Positions 9,796 to 18,696 of a stretch of DNA of 64,000 nt are shown piece after piece. The notes below the pieces were generated by a model, which saw nothing but the letters and a program-made list of their open reading frames with translations, had not been told where the DNA came from and made no database searches. The position numbers and the translations under genes were made by a program. The DNA is taken from the NCBI GenBank assembly GCA_946412355.1, contig CAMKGX010000004.1:476-64475 (forward strand), in the 5' to 3' direction. Within the stretch, counting starts at the first letter, position 1, and each line of letters opens with the position of its first letter. The DNA comes from an uncultured Clostridia bacterium. GTDB taxonomy: Bacteria > Bacillota > Clostridia > Oscillospirales > Oscillospiraceae.

Positions 9796-10599
9796 ATGAT
9801 TGATACCCACAACAGAACCTTCCGGGCCGGGGCGGTGATTACCGGTATCATGCTGCTCATCATCCTCGTCGGCCTTGTCTGGACGCCCTATGACCCCAAC
9901 GCCATGAACGGCGCGGCCAAGCTGGCCTCCCCCAGCCTTGCCCACCTGCTGGGCACCGACAACTTCGGCCGGGACATCTTCTCCCGTGTGGTGCAGGGGG
10001 CCGGGGCCACGTTCCTCATCGCCGCCGTGTCGGTGGCGGCGGGGCTGGTCATCGGCGTGGTGCTGGGGGGCCTCACCGGCTGGTACGGCGGCTGGGTGGA
10101 TGAGCTTTTGATGCGGCTCAACGATACCCTTACCGCCTTTCCCAGTATCCTGCTGGCCCTGGTGCTGATTGCCCTTTTCGGCAGCGGGAAATACAACATC
10201 ATCTTCGCCCTGGGCCTGCTGTTCGTGCCCACCTTTGCCCGCATCGTCCGCATGGAGGTGGCCAAGCAGAAGGAGCTGGACTACGTCCGCAGCGCCCGGC
10301 TCATGGGCGTGGGCAGCATGCGGATATTGTTCGTCCATATCCTGCCCAACATCGTGCCGGTGCTGCTGTCCACCATCGCCATCAGCTTCAATAACGCGGT
10401 GCTGGCGGAGGCATCCATGAGCTATCTGGGGGTGGGCGTGCAGCCCCCGGACCCCAGCCTGGGCCGTATGCTCAACGAGGCCCAGAGCTATCTGCTCTCC
10501 GCGCCGTGGTACGCCCTGTCCAGCGGCGTGGCCATCGTGCTGCTGGTGCTGGGCTTCGGACTGCTCAGCGAGGGCCTGGGAGGTGAAACCGATGCTTGA
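9796..10599 (+). CDS. Peptide/nickel ABC transporter permease (OppC/DppC-like)
   Basis: LLGTDNFGRDIFSR, HILPN, LSYLGVGVQPPDPSLG-like motifs. Confidence 0.93.
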   Translation: MIDTHNRTFRAGAVITGIMLLIILVGLVWTPYDPNAMNGAAKLASPSLAHLLGTDNFGRDIFSRVVQGAGATFLIAAVSVAAGLVIGVVLGGLTGWYGGWVDELLMRLNDTLTAFPSILLALVLIALFGSGKYNIIFALGLLFVPTFARIVRMEVAKQKELDYVRSARLMGVGSMRILFVHILPNIVPVLLSTIAISFNNAVLAEASMSYLGVGVQPPDPSLGRMLNEAQSYLLSAPWYALSSGVAIVLLVLGFGLLSEGLGGETDA

Positions 10600-11392
10600 A
10601 ATCCGTGATTTGCACGTCACCTTTACCACCACCGGCAAGGAGGCGGTAAAGGGCATCGACCTCACCATCCAGCCGGGAGAGCGGGTGGGCCTGGTGGGGG
10701 AGTCGGGCTCGGGGAAAACCGTGACCGCCATGACCCTCTCCGGCCTTATCGAGCGCAGCATCGTGCAGCTCTCCGGCCAGGTGCTGCTGGACGGCCGTGA
10801 CATTCTCCACTGCTCCCGGGCGGAGCTGCGACAGGTCCACGGCCGGGAGATCGGCATGGTGTTCCAGGAACCCATGACCAGCTTGAACCCCCTCATGCGG
10901 GTGGGGGAGCAGATTGAGGAGACCCTCCGCATCCACACCCACCGCACCCCGGCCCAGCGCAAGGCCCTGGCCCTGGAGGCCATGGCCCAGGTGGGCCTGC
11001 CTGACCCGGAGACCACCTATTATAAATATCCCCATCAGCTCTCCGGCGGCCAGCGGCAGCGGGCCATCATCGCCTCGGCCATGATTATCCTGCCCAAGCT
11101 GCTGATTTGCGACGAGCCCACCACCGCCCTGGATGTGACGGTGCAGAAGCAGATTCTGGATTTGCTGCGCCGCCTCAGCGAGGAATACCACGTGGCGGTG
11201 CTGCTCATCAGCCACGATATGACCGTGGTGCGCCGCCTGTGCGAGAACGTGGCGGTGATGTACCAGGGCCGCATTGTGGAGCGGGGCAGGACGGAGGATA
11301 TCTTCCGCCATCCCCAGGACGAATACACCCGGCGGCTCATCGCCGCCATCCCCACGAGGAAACGCCATGACGCAACCGGAAAAGACAACTGA
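10592..11392 (+). CDS. Peptide ABC transporter ATP-binding protein (OppD-like)
   Basis: [24 protein letters not shown]. Confidence 0.93.
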   Translation: MLEIRDLHVTFTTTGKEAVKGIDLTIQPGERVGLVGESGSGKTVTAMTLSGLIERSIVQLSGQVLLDGRDILHCSRAELRQVHGREIGMVFQEPMTSLNPLMRVGEQIEETLRIHTHRTPAQRKALALEAMAQVGLPDPETTYYKYPHQLSGGQRQRAIIASAMIILPKLLICDEPTTALDVTVQKQILDLLRRLSEEYHVAVLLISHDMTVVRRLCENVAVMYQGRIVERGRTEDIFRHPQDEYTRRLIAAIPTRKRHDATGKDN

Positions 11393-12125
11393 ACACGTGC
11401 TGGAGGTGGCGCATCTCTCCGTCACCTACCACGATAAGCACCTTTTCGCCCCGGACACGTCCTTTCAGGCCCTCACCGACGTGACCTTCCACGTGAACCA
11501 CGGGGAGATTCTGGGCCTGGTGGGGGAGTCGGGCTGCGGCAAATCCACCTTGAGCAAGGCCATTTTGGGCATGCTGCCCCGGGCGGAGGTAAAGGGTGAG
11601 ATCCGCCACTTCACCAAGCGGCCCCAGATGGTGTTCCAGGACCCCTTCGGCAGCCTGAACCCCGCCAAAACCGTGGGTTGGATTCTGGAGGAGCCCTTAC
11701 GGGTGTTCGGCAAGTACGACGCCCCGGAGCGCCGCCGCCGGGTATTGGATATGCTGGAGCGCGTGGGGCTGGGGGAGGAGTACGCCTCCCGGCGGCCCGC
11801 CCAGCTCTCCGGCGGCCAGCGGCAGCGGCTGTCCATCGCCGTGGCGCTGATCCAGCGGCCCCGGTTCATCCTGGCCGACGAGCCGGTGTCCGCCCTGGAT
11901 GTCACCATCCAGGCCCAGATACTGGACTTGCTGTGGGACTTGCGGCAGGAGCTGGATTTGAGCTACCTCTTCATCAGCCATGATCTGAACGTGATCTACT
12001 CTATCTGCGACCGTGTCATGGTGATGGAAAAGGGCCGCATCATCGAGCAGGGCACCGTGGATGAGGTCTACGACCACCCCCAGCAGGAGTACACCCGCAA
12101 GCTGCTGGGCGCGGTGCAGCTATGA
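11367..12125 (+). CDS. Peptide ABC transporter ATP-binding protein (OppF-like)
   Basis: [24 protein letters not shown]. Confidence 0.93.
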   Translation: MTQPEKTTEHVLEVAHLSVTYHDKHLFAPDTSFQALTDVTFHVNHGEILGLVGESGCGKSTLSKAILGMLPRAEVKGEIRHFTKRPQMVFQDPFGSLNPAKTVGWILEEPLRVFGKYDAPERRRRVLDMLERVGLGEEYASRRPAQLSGGQRQRLSIAVALIQRPRFILADEPVSALDVTIQAQILDLLWDLRQELDLSYLFISHDLNVIYSICDRVMVMEKGRIIEQGTVDEVYDHPQQEYTRKLLGAVQL

Positions 12126-12139
12126 AAGGAGCAAGGGAA

Positions 12140-12292
12140 ATGAAACGGTTTCTCAGCGTAATCCTGGCGCTGCTGGCCCTCACCGGCCTGGCACTGGCCT
12201 ACATCCTGCGGTGGGACGTGAAATGGATCAAAGCCATCGAGCCCATCGGATTGAAAATCTTCAAGCCCATCCGGCGTAAGGAAGAAGAATAA
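12140..12292 (+). CDS. Small (50 aa) putative membrane protein, not in the ORF track
   Basis: AAAGGAG RBS; MKRFLSVILALLALTGLALAYILRWDVKWIKAIEPIGLKIFKPIRRKEEE*; followed at once by a terminator. Confidence 0.6.
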   Translation: MKRFLSVILALLALTGLALAYILRWDVKWIKAIEPIGLKIFKPIRRKEEE

Positions 12293-12293
12293 G

Positions 12294-12322
12294 AAAAAGC
12301 CACCCGGAAGGGTGGCTTTTTT
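12294..12322 (+). terminator. Intrinsic terminator of the ABC operon
   Basis: AAAAAGCCACCC-GGAA-GGGTGGCTTTTTT. Confidence 0.85.
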
Positions 12323-12362
12323 GCCGGTGAAGAGAGAAAAGGGAGGAGGGAAAGGAGGCGGC

Positions 12363-13009
12363 GTCCGCTGCGCGAACGGATTGGAATGACATCATTCTGA
12401 TGCGCCGCAGCGCAAATCATGTGCCGTCAGGCACCATTCATGCCGCAAGGCAATTCATGCGCCTTTGGCGCAATTCATTTTTCCATGCGCCCACCGCCCC
12501 GCCCGGATGAACGGCACCCGGTAACGCCAACCATGCGTAGGGGCGGGGCTCTGCTCCGCCCAAACCCGGCACCGCCCACCATTCCGCCCGTTTGGATGGC
12601 AACGGCGTCAAATCACTCCGTAGGGGCGCTTCACGAAGCGCCCGCCGCCCAGGCAACGCCTACCGCCGAGCCGGGTTGCACGCCACCCGGCGGCAGATAC
12701 CACCGTAGGGGCCGACGCCCCGGCGGCCCGCACCCCGGCAACAATCACCGTCCATGTTGGCTGAATGGCACATGCCTTCCTATTGTCCGTAGGGGCGCTT
12801 CAGGTCGCGCCCGCCACCCAGGCAACGCCTACCAACCCGCCTGGATGAATGGCACACGGTAACATCACCCATTCGTAGGGGCGGACGACTCTGTCCGCCC
12901 GATGCCCGGGCGCAGCATCGCAAAAAGGGCGGAGCAGCGCCAGCGACACCCTGCGAAGAATGAGCAGTTGGTGGAGCCAGTGCCCTTGGGGTAAGCCCCG
13001 CCCCTACGA
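12363..13009. repeat. Intergenic REP-like array
   Basis: GTAGGGGC-palindrome units at 12537, 12620, 12705, 12789 and 12875; inverted 82-bp module at 12927-13008. Confidence 0.85.
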
Positions 13010-13030
13010 GCCATTTGGCAATATCCCCGG

Positions 13031-14086
13031 TCATCCCCCGTAATACACGCCGGTTTCCTTGCCGTTCAGCATGTAATACGCCGTGTCCGCCGCCTCGTCC
13101 AGCCGCGTCAGGTGGGACCCGGCGGGGAAGCACAGCGTCTCCGTGTCGGCGGGGAACCGGGAGGCGGAAAGACTGACCCAGAACCGGGGCAGCAGGGGCA
13201 CCGTCAGGTCGTCCACCGGGCAACCGGATTGGGCCCGCATCTCTCCCGTCATCAGGAAATAGGTCAGGTCCAGGGGCTCAGCGGGGTCCCGCAGCCCCCA
13301 GGTGACGTCGGAGTGATACCCCGCCCCGTCCAGCACCAGGTAGACCCACTCGTGGTCCATGCCGTCGGAGAAGCAGCTGACATCCACCGCCTCCACCCCG
13401 GCCTGCACCAGCAAAAAGGCATAGAGCCCCGCCAGATCCACGCACTGGCCCTCCCGGGAATGGAAGGTGACGAAAACGGAGCCGTCCCCCTTGTCCGGCA
13501 CGAAGTCGTATTCGTACAGGAAGTTGAGGGACATATAGTTGTACAGCTTCAGGGCCTTTTCAAAATCGGTGTCGCAGTTGCGGAGGACCTTGTTCAGCAG
13601 CGCCGCCACGTCGGCCTCAAACTGGGCCTGCCGGCCCAAAAACTCCTCCACGGGAACCTCGTAATGCACCCGGCCCACGCCGTCCGAGAAGCCGTCCTCC
13701 ACCGGCGTGACCCTGGTGCAGGCGGCGGGGAAGAGGTGGTTCAGCGTGGCCTGGTCGGTGGCCCAGCGGTAGGCCTCCTGGCTGGCGCAGGCGAAGGTGT
13801 CCTCCCCGGAGCGCAGGGCGTCGCAGAGGCTGTGCAGCGCCTGCCAGTATTCCTCCGGCACGTCCGCCGCCACCAGAGGCACGGTGAGGTGGGGGTTATA
13901 GACGTAGGGCTCCCCCGGCTCCTCCGCCTCGCTGCCCGCCTCGCTGTCGGTCTCGCCGCCGTCTTCACCGGCGATTTCGCCGCTCTCCACGGGGGCGGCG
14001 TCGTCCTCCGGCGCCGCGGTTTCCTTTGCCCCGCAGCCGGCGAGCAGCAGCAGCGCCAATATCACACATAGCCATTTTTTCAGCAT
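13031..14086 (-). CDS. Transglutaminase-like domain lipoprotein
   Basis: Lipobox LLLAGC; Cys-His-Asp triad in GQCVDLA, DHEWV and HSDVTW. Confidence 0.8.
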   Translation of the reverse strand: MLKKWLCVILALLLLAGCGAKETAAPEDDAAPVESGEIAGEDGGETDSEAGSEAEEPGEPYVYNPHLTVPLVAADVPEEYWQALHSLCDALRSGEDTFACASQEAYRWATDQATLNHLFPAACTRVTPVEDGFSDGVGRVHYEVPVEEFLGRQAQFEADVAALLNKVLRNCDTDFEKALKLYNYMSLNFLYEYDFVPDKGDGSVFVTFHSREGQCVDLAGLYAFLLVQAGVEAVDVSCFSDGMDHEWVYLVLDGAGYHSDVTWGLRDPAEPLDLTYFLMTGEMRAQSGCPVDDLTVPLLPRFWVSLSASRFPADTETLCFPAGSHLTRLDEAADTAYYMLNGKETGVYYGG

Positions 14087-14169
14087 AATCATTTTCCTTT
14101 CTGAGATGGGAGAAAAGCGCCACCCATAGAGGGTGGCGTTTTATCATAGCATAACCTTTGTCAGCCCTA

Positions 14170-15060
14170 TTATTCCGGCCGCGGCTCCTTGCCCCAGAAG
14201 TATACCGCCACGGTGCCGGGGCCGCAGTGGGCGGCGATGATGGTGCCGATGTCGTGAATCCGCACCTCCTCCACGTGGGGGAAGCGATCCAGCAGCATCT
14301 GCCGCACCTCGGCGGCGTCCTCGGGCACGTTGGCGTGGGAGATGAAGATCTTCTTGCTGTAATCGGTGCCGTCCAATGCGTAGCGCTCCACCTCGTCCAC
14401 GATTTTCTTCATGGCGGCCTTCTTGCCCCGCACCTTGTCGTAGGCGATGATGCGGCCGTCGATGTTCAGCCGCAGGATGGGGCAGATGTTGAGGATGGAG
14501 GCGATGGTGGCCGTGGGGCCGGACATCCGTCCGCTGCGGCGGAAATACTGGATGTCGGTGGTGAAGAACTGGTGGTGCATGATCATGCAGTGGTCGTCGC
14601 ACCATTGCAAAAGCTCGTCCATGGTGGCGCCGTTGTCCCACTGGTCCGCCGCCTCGTCCACGAACAGGCCGTAGCCGGAGGAGCTGCAATAGGAGTCCAC
14701 CACCACCAGCTTCCTGTCGGGGAACTCCTCACGCATCATCTCCGCCGCCTCCCGGGCGTTGTTCACGCTGGGGGTCATGCCGGAGCCGAAGGCGATGTGG
14801 AACACGTCGCCCTTTGCCAGCAGGGCGCGGAAATACTCACAGTAGGTATAGGTGTTCACCTGAGAGGTCTTGGGCACTTTCCCGTCCGCGATAAACTGAT
14901 AGAATCGAGGCAAAGCCTGGCTGTCCCGGCCCATATCGTCCACGTATTCCACGCCGTCCACGGTGTAGGAATAGAACAGCACGCTCAGTCCCCGTCCGTC
15001 CACGTAGGAAAAAGGCATATCCACCGTGGACTCACAGGAAAGTTGATAGTTTTGGCGCAT
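14170..15060 (-). CDS. DegV family fatty-acid-binding protein
   Basis: PKTSQVN, SGMTPS, FRRSGR, AHCGPG. Confidence 0.92.
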   Translation of the reverse strand: MRQNYQLSCESTVDMPFSYVDGRGLSVLFYSYTVDGVEYVDDMGRDSQALPRFYQFIADGKVPKTSQVNTYTYCEYFRALLAKGDVFHIAFGSGMTPSVNNAREAAEMMREEFPDRKLVVVDSYCSSSGYGLFVDEAADQWDNGATMDELLQWCDDHCMIMHHQFFTTDIQYFRRSGRMSGPTATIASILNICPILRLNIDGRIIAYDKVRGKKAAMKKIVDEVERYALDGTDYSKKIFISHANVPEDAAEVRQMLLDRFPHVEEVRIHDIGTIIAAHCGPGTVAVYFWGKEPRPE

Positions 15061-15111
15061 GGTAGAGTCTCCTTGTCTTTAATCTATATAAGGTAAGTGC
15101 GGCGCAGGCCG

Positions 15112-15963
15112 TCACGCTTCCTTTTTGAAAAACAGCACGCCCAGGCAATCGGGCCCGCAGTGGCTGGAGACGGTGCAGCCCGCCTCCGTCACCAGCACCT
15201 CCTCAAAGGGATGGAGCTGGCGCACCAGGGCCACCACCTGGTCCACGATCTCCCGGGGGGCCTTGGCGTGGGTGATGAAAATGCGATGGGTGTCCACGTC
15301 GGTGCGGCCCTCCAGCCGGCCCTTTACGTAGTCCAGAATGGTGCGCTGGGCGTCGCCGCGGTACTTTTTGCCCACGATCATCTTGCCGTCCACCACCCGG
15401 ATCTCCGGCCGCAGCTTCAAAAGGGACGCGCCCAGCGCCACCACGCCGGGGCACCGTCCGCCCATGGACAGGTAGTCCAGCCGCTGCAATACGAAGCTGA
15501 CGTCCAGCAGCGCCTTTTTCCGCTCCACCTCGTCCACAATGGTCTGGGCCTCCAGACCCTGCTGCGCCAGCTCTGCCGCCAGCACCGCCAGATGGCCAGA
15601 GCCGGAGGACAGGTTGCGGCTGTCGATGGGGTGGACGTGGCCCAGCTCCGCCGCCGCCAGACAGGCGTTCTGGTAGCAGGCGGAGAACTCGGAGGAGATG
15701 TTGATGTGGATGACCTCATACCCCTGCTCCACGTAGGGGCGGAACTGCGCCTCGTAATCGGCGGGGCTGACGGCGCTGGTCTTGGGGAGCTGGCCCTTGG
15801 CGTCGGCGTAGGCGAAAATCTCCTGTGCGCCGATGTCCACGCCGTCGCTGTACAGCGTGTCCCCCAGGGTGATGCCCAGGGGCACCACGTGGATGTCGTA
15901 TTTTTGGTAAAGCTCCTGTGTCAGGTCGCAGGTGGAGTCGCAGGTCACTTTGATTTTGGCCAT
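15112..15963 (-). CDS. DegV family fatty-acid-binding protein
   Basis: CDSTCDL, PKTSAV, ISSEFS, DSRNLS, GGR, SHCGP. Confidence 0.92.
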   Translation of the reverse strand: MAKIKVTCDSTCDLTQELYQKYDIHVVPLGITLGDTLYSDGVDIGAQEIFAYADAKGQLPKTSAVSPADYEAQFRPYVEQGYEVIHINISSEFSACYQNACLAAAELGHVHPIDSRNLSSGSGHLAVLAAELAQQGLEAQTIVDEVERKKALLDVSFVLQRLDYLSMGGRCPGVVALGASLLKLRPEIRVVDGKMIVGKKYRGDAQRTILDYVKGRLEGRTDVDTHRIFITHAKAPREIVDQVVALVRQLHPFEEVLVTEAGCTVSSHCGPDCLGVLFFKKEA

Positions 15964-16141
15964 GATAAGGCTCCTTTCTTCAAAGGGGCGGGGCAAAAGG
16001 CCCCCAATCGCCCATAATAAAGCATTCTAATAGTACACGATTCCGCCTTTTCTGTCAAGGGAGGCGCCGGGCCCATGGGGAATGGTTGATTTCCCGGCGG
16101 TATGGTGGTACAATACCCCCGTGAGAAAGGAAGTGACAGCG

Positions 16142-16747
16142 GTGGCGTATGATAACGATTTGGTGGCCGGCAAGCTGCGCCGCTGGGAGACGTATCTGGA
16201 CCATTTCCGCCTGCCCCCCTGGGAGGAGATTCCTGACCTGGGCCTCTATATGGAGCAGGTCATCGACCTTTTGCGGCAGTATCTGGACTACCTGCCCCCG
16301 GAGCTGAAGGAGGAGCAGCAGTTCATCACCGCCGCCGCCATCAACAACTACGTCCGCACCCGCATCATGCCCCAGCCCCGGAAAAAGCGGTATTACCGGG
16401 AGCACATTGCCTACCTTATCATGATCCTGACGCTGAAGCCCACTCTGTCCATGGCGCTGATCCAGCGGCTTATCCCCGCCGACCTGCCACCGGAGGAGGT
16501 GCAGCGGGTGTACACCGCCTACGCCCGGTGCCACGCCATGGCCGCCGTGAATTTCCTGCGGCAGGCCCGGGCCATGGGCGACGGCATCTTGCAGCACGAC
16601 GACCCCAGCGACATGGCCGCCGACACGGTGGAGGATCTCATCGCCATGTCCGCCATCACCGCCGGCTTTTCCCGTCTGCTGGCGGAAAAGCTGCTGCTGT
16701 TGCAGGACAAGGCCGCCACGGAGAAGCCCACCGAAAAAACGGAATAA
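16142..16747 (+). CDS. DUF1836 domain putative transcriptional regulator
   Basis: LPPWEEIPDLGLYMEQVI, INNYVR, KKRYYREHIAYL; GTG start after AAAGGAAG; divergent from degV. Confidence 0.85.
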   Translation: MAYDNDLVAGKLRRWETYLDHFRLPPWEEIPDLGLYMEQVIDLLRQYLDYLPPELKEEQQFITAAAINNYVRTRIMPQPRKKRYYREHIAYLIMILTLKPTLSMALIQRLIPADLPPEEVQRVYTAYARCHAMAAVNFLRQARAMGDGILQHDDPSDMAADTVEDLIAMSAITAGFSRLLAEKLLLLQDKAATEKPTEKTE

Positions 16748-16780
16748 CAGGGCCATGCCGCCCCAAAGGGAGGAAGAACG

Positions 16781-17179
16781 ATGCGCCGACTGTTTTCTGC
16801 TGCCCTCTTACTGACCCTGCTCTGCACCGGCTGCGGCGCCGCCCCCGCCCGCCCTGCGGCGGAGCCGCCTGTGCTGGCGGGCACCTTTGCCGGGCCCGGG
16901 GGCACCCTGGCCTTCAACGCCGACGGCGTTACCGTTACCATGACGCTGACGGCGGAATTCGCCGCCGCCACCGGCCTGCCGGAGGGGGAGACGGCGGGGC
17001 AGTACGGTTACACCTGGCCGGAGGGGGAGCGCAGCCGGGAGTTTGACCGTGCCTCCCGTTTTTCCCTCACCGCCGGCGGCGTCACCGTCACCTTTGCCAA
17101 CGACGCCGCCGCCACCGACGGCGACACCATCGCCTTCTTCCTGCCGGAGGGCGAGAGCGTGCAGTTCAAGCGGCAGTAA
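16781..17179 (+). CDS. Hypothetical lipoprotein
   Basis: GGAGG RBS; lipobox LCTGC. Confidence 0.7.
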   Translation: MRRLFSAALLLTLLCTGCGAAPARPAAEPPVLAGTFAGPGGTLAFNADGVTVTMTLTAEFAAATGLPEGETAGQYGYTWPEGERSREFDRASRFSLTAGGVTVTFANDAAATDGDTIAFFLPEGESVQFKRQ

Positions 17180-17188
17180 ATGAAACGC

Positions 17189-17226
17189 AAAAGGCCGACC
17201 CGCTTGGCGGGTCGGCCCTGTTTTTT
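17189..17226. terminator. Bidirectional intrinsic terminator
   Basis: AAAAGGCCGACCCGC-TTG-GCGGGTCGGCC..TTTTTT between convergent genes. Confidence 0.8.
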
Positions 17227-17239
17227 GGAAGTCAGCCGT

Positions 17240-18070
17240 TCAGGAGATGGGCACCAGCTCCCCCAGCACCACGTAGCGCCAGTTCTCATGCTCGTAGGAG
17301 CAGGTGGACAGTGTGAGGATGTTGCCGGTGGGGTTCACCGTGGAGGTGAAGGTGGACTGGGCCTTGAAGCGGTCTATTTTCTCCTGCTCCAGGCCGGTGA
17401 AATACACTTCGCCGTCCGCCGGGGTGGGGAAGCCTGCGAACAGGTCCACCCGGTAGGTCTGCCCCGGGGTGTACAGGTACATGCAGGGGTGGTTCAGGTA
17501 GAAGTCGTGGCTCTTGTAGTATTGGAGGGAGGCGAACATGTTGCCCGCCTTCATGTTGTGGCCGTACAGAATGCTGTTGCCATCAGAGAAATCGCTGTGG
17601 TTTTCGCTGGCCAGAATGATGGAGCCGTTGATGTCCTCCCGGCCGTCCAGGTCGTGGTGAAGGTAGAAGTCGGTGTCGCCGTACACGATGGGGTAGCTGA
17701 TGGCGGTGCCGGGGTTGTAGATATAGCCCACCACGTCGCTGTATTTGTCCATCCAGTACCCCAGGTCAATGGATGCCGGGCCCCGGGGGGTGGCGGCCTG
17801 CCGGGCGGCCTCCTCGGCCTCCTTTTGAAGCCGCTCCTGCTCCTGCTGCTCCCAGATGGCCCTGGCCTGCTCCTCCGCCAGCGCCTGGGCCTGGGCCATG
17901 GCCTCATCCAGCTGCTGCCGCAGGGCCTGCCCCTCATCCTGGGCCTGCAACAGCGCCTGCTGCGCCGCCGCCACCTGGGCCCGGGCCTGCCGGTATTCCA
18001 CGCCCAACGCGGCGGCGGTCACGCCGCCCACGGCCACTACCGCCAGCAGCATCGCCAAAAGACGGTTCAT
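17240..18070 (-). CDS. Class B sortase with N-terminal anchor and coiled coil
   Basis: YGHNM (His), TLSTCSYE (Cys), WRYVV (Arg). Confidence 0.88.
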   Translation of the reverse strand: MNRLLAMLLAVVAVGGVTAAALGVEYRQARAQVAAAQQALLQAQDEGQALRQQLDEAMAQAQALAEEQARAIWEQQEQERLQKEAEEAARQAATPRGPASIDLGYWMDKYSDVVGYIYNPGTAISYPIVYGDTDFYLHHDLDGREDINGSIILASENHSDFSDGNSILYGHNMKAGNMFASLQYYKSHDFYLNHPCMYLYTPGQTYRVDLFAGFPTPADGEVYFTGLEQEKIDRFKAQSTFTSTVNPTGNILTLSTCSYEHENWRYVVLGELVPIS

Positions 18071-18196
18071 GGTTCCGCCCTCCTTGTGTCTTTTTCTTCC
18101 CTATATTATACGGAAAGCGAGGAAAAACGCAATCATTTCCAGGGAAAATTTTACCGCTTCCGCCAGTCAAAAGGCAATCGGCATCCTCAACCCTTC

Positions 18197-18592
18197 GTAG
18201 GGCGTGAAAATCGTAGGGGCGCTTCACGAAGCGCCCGCGCCCGGTTGAATGGCAAACGGCCACGTCTCCCACCGTAGGGGCCGCCGCCCCGGCGGCCCGT
18301 TGCACGGTGACGATGATAATGAACGGTATCGTTGGGTGAGGTGGGTTGCGATGTTGTTCGTAGGGGCGGGGCTCTGCTCCGCCCATGACGGCGACGGGTT
18401 TGATGAAAGGCCGGTTGGTTGCGGGGCGGTTTTTGCTTTCTTTTGCCATTCACCCGCCCTTGGCGGTAATCGTTACCGGGCAACGGCGCGCCGAGTCGTC
18501 GCGCCCTACGGTGGATTTCGATGCCGTTCACCATTCACCCGCCCTTGGCGGTGGTCGTTACCGGGTTCGGGCGATTCGTGAATCGCCCCTAC
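18197..18592. repeat. Intergenic REP-like array
   Basis: GTAG units at 18197, 18213, 18274 and 18360; inverted units ending near 18510 and 18592. Confidence 0.8.
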
Positions 18593-18641
18593 AGAATCAT
18601 CGCCGCCAACGGAACCGTCCAAAAGCTGCTCCCTCGCCCCC

Positions 18642-18672
18642 AAAAGAAAACCGCCCTTTCGGGCGGTTTTCT
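18642..18672 (-). terminator. Intrinsic terminator of the PFOR gene
   Basis: AGAAAACCGCCC-TTTC-GGGCGGTTTTCT, A-run on the + strand side. Confidence 0.8.
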
Positions 18673-18696
18673 CGTTATACCGTAAAGCGTGACGCC

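Noticed and set aside
12537-12900. The ~84-bp periodic arrays as possible CRISPR arrays
   Set aside because: The constant part is only ~8 bp, the palindromes vary, orientation flips within arrays and there are no adjacent cas genes; better explained as REP-like repeats.
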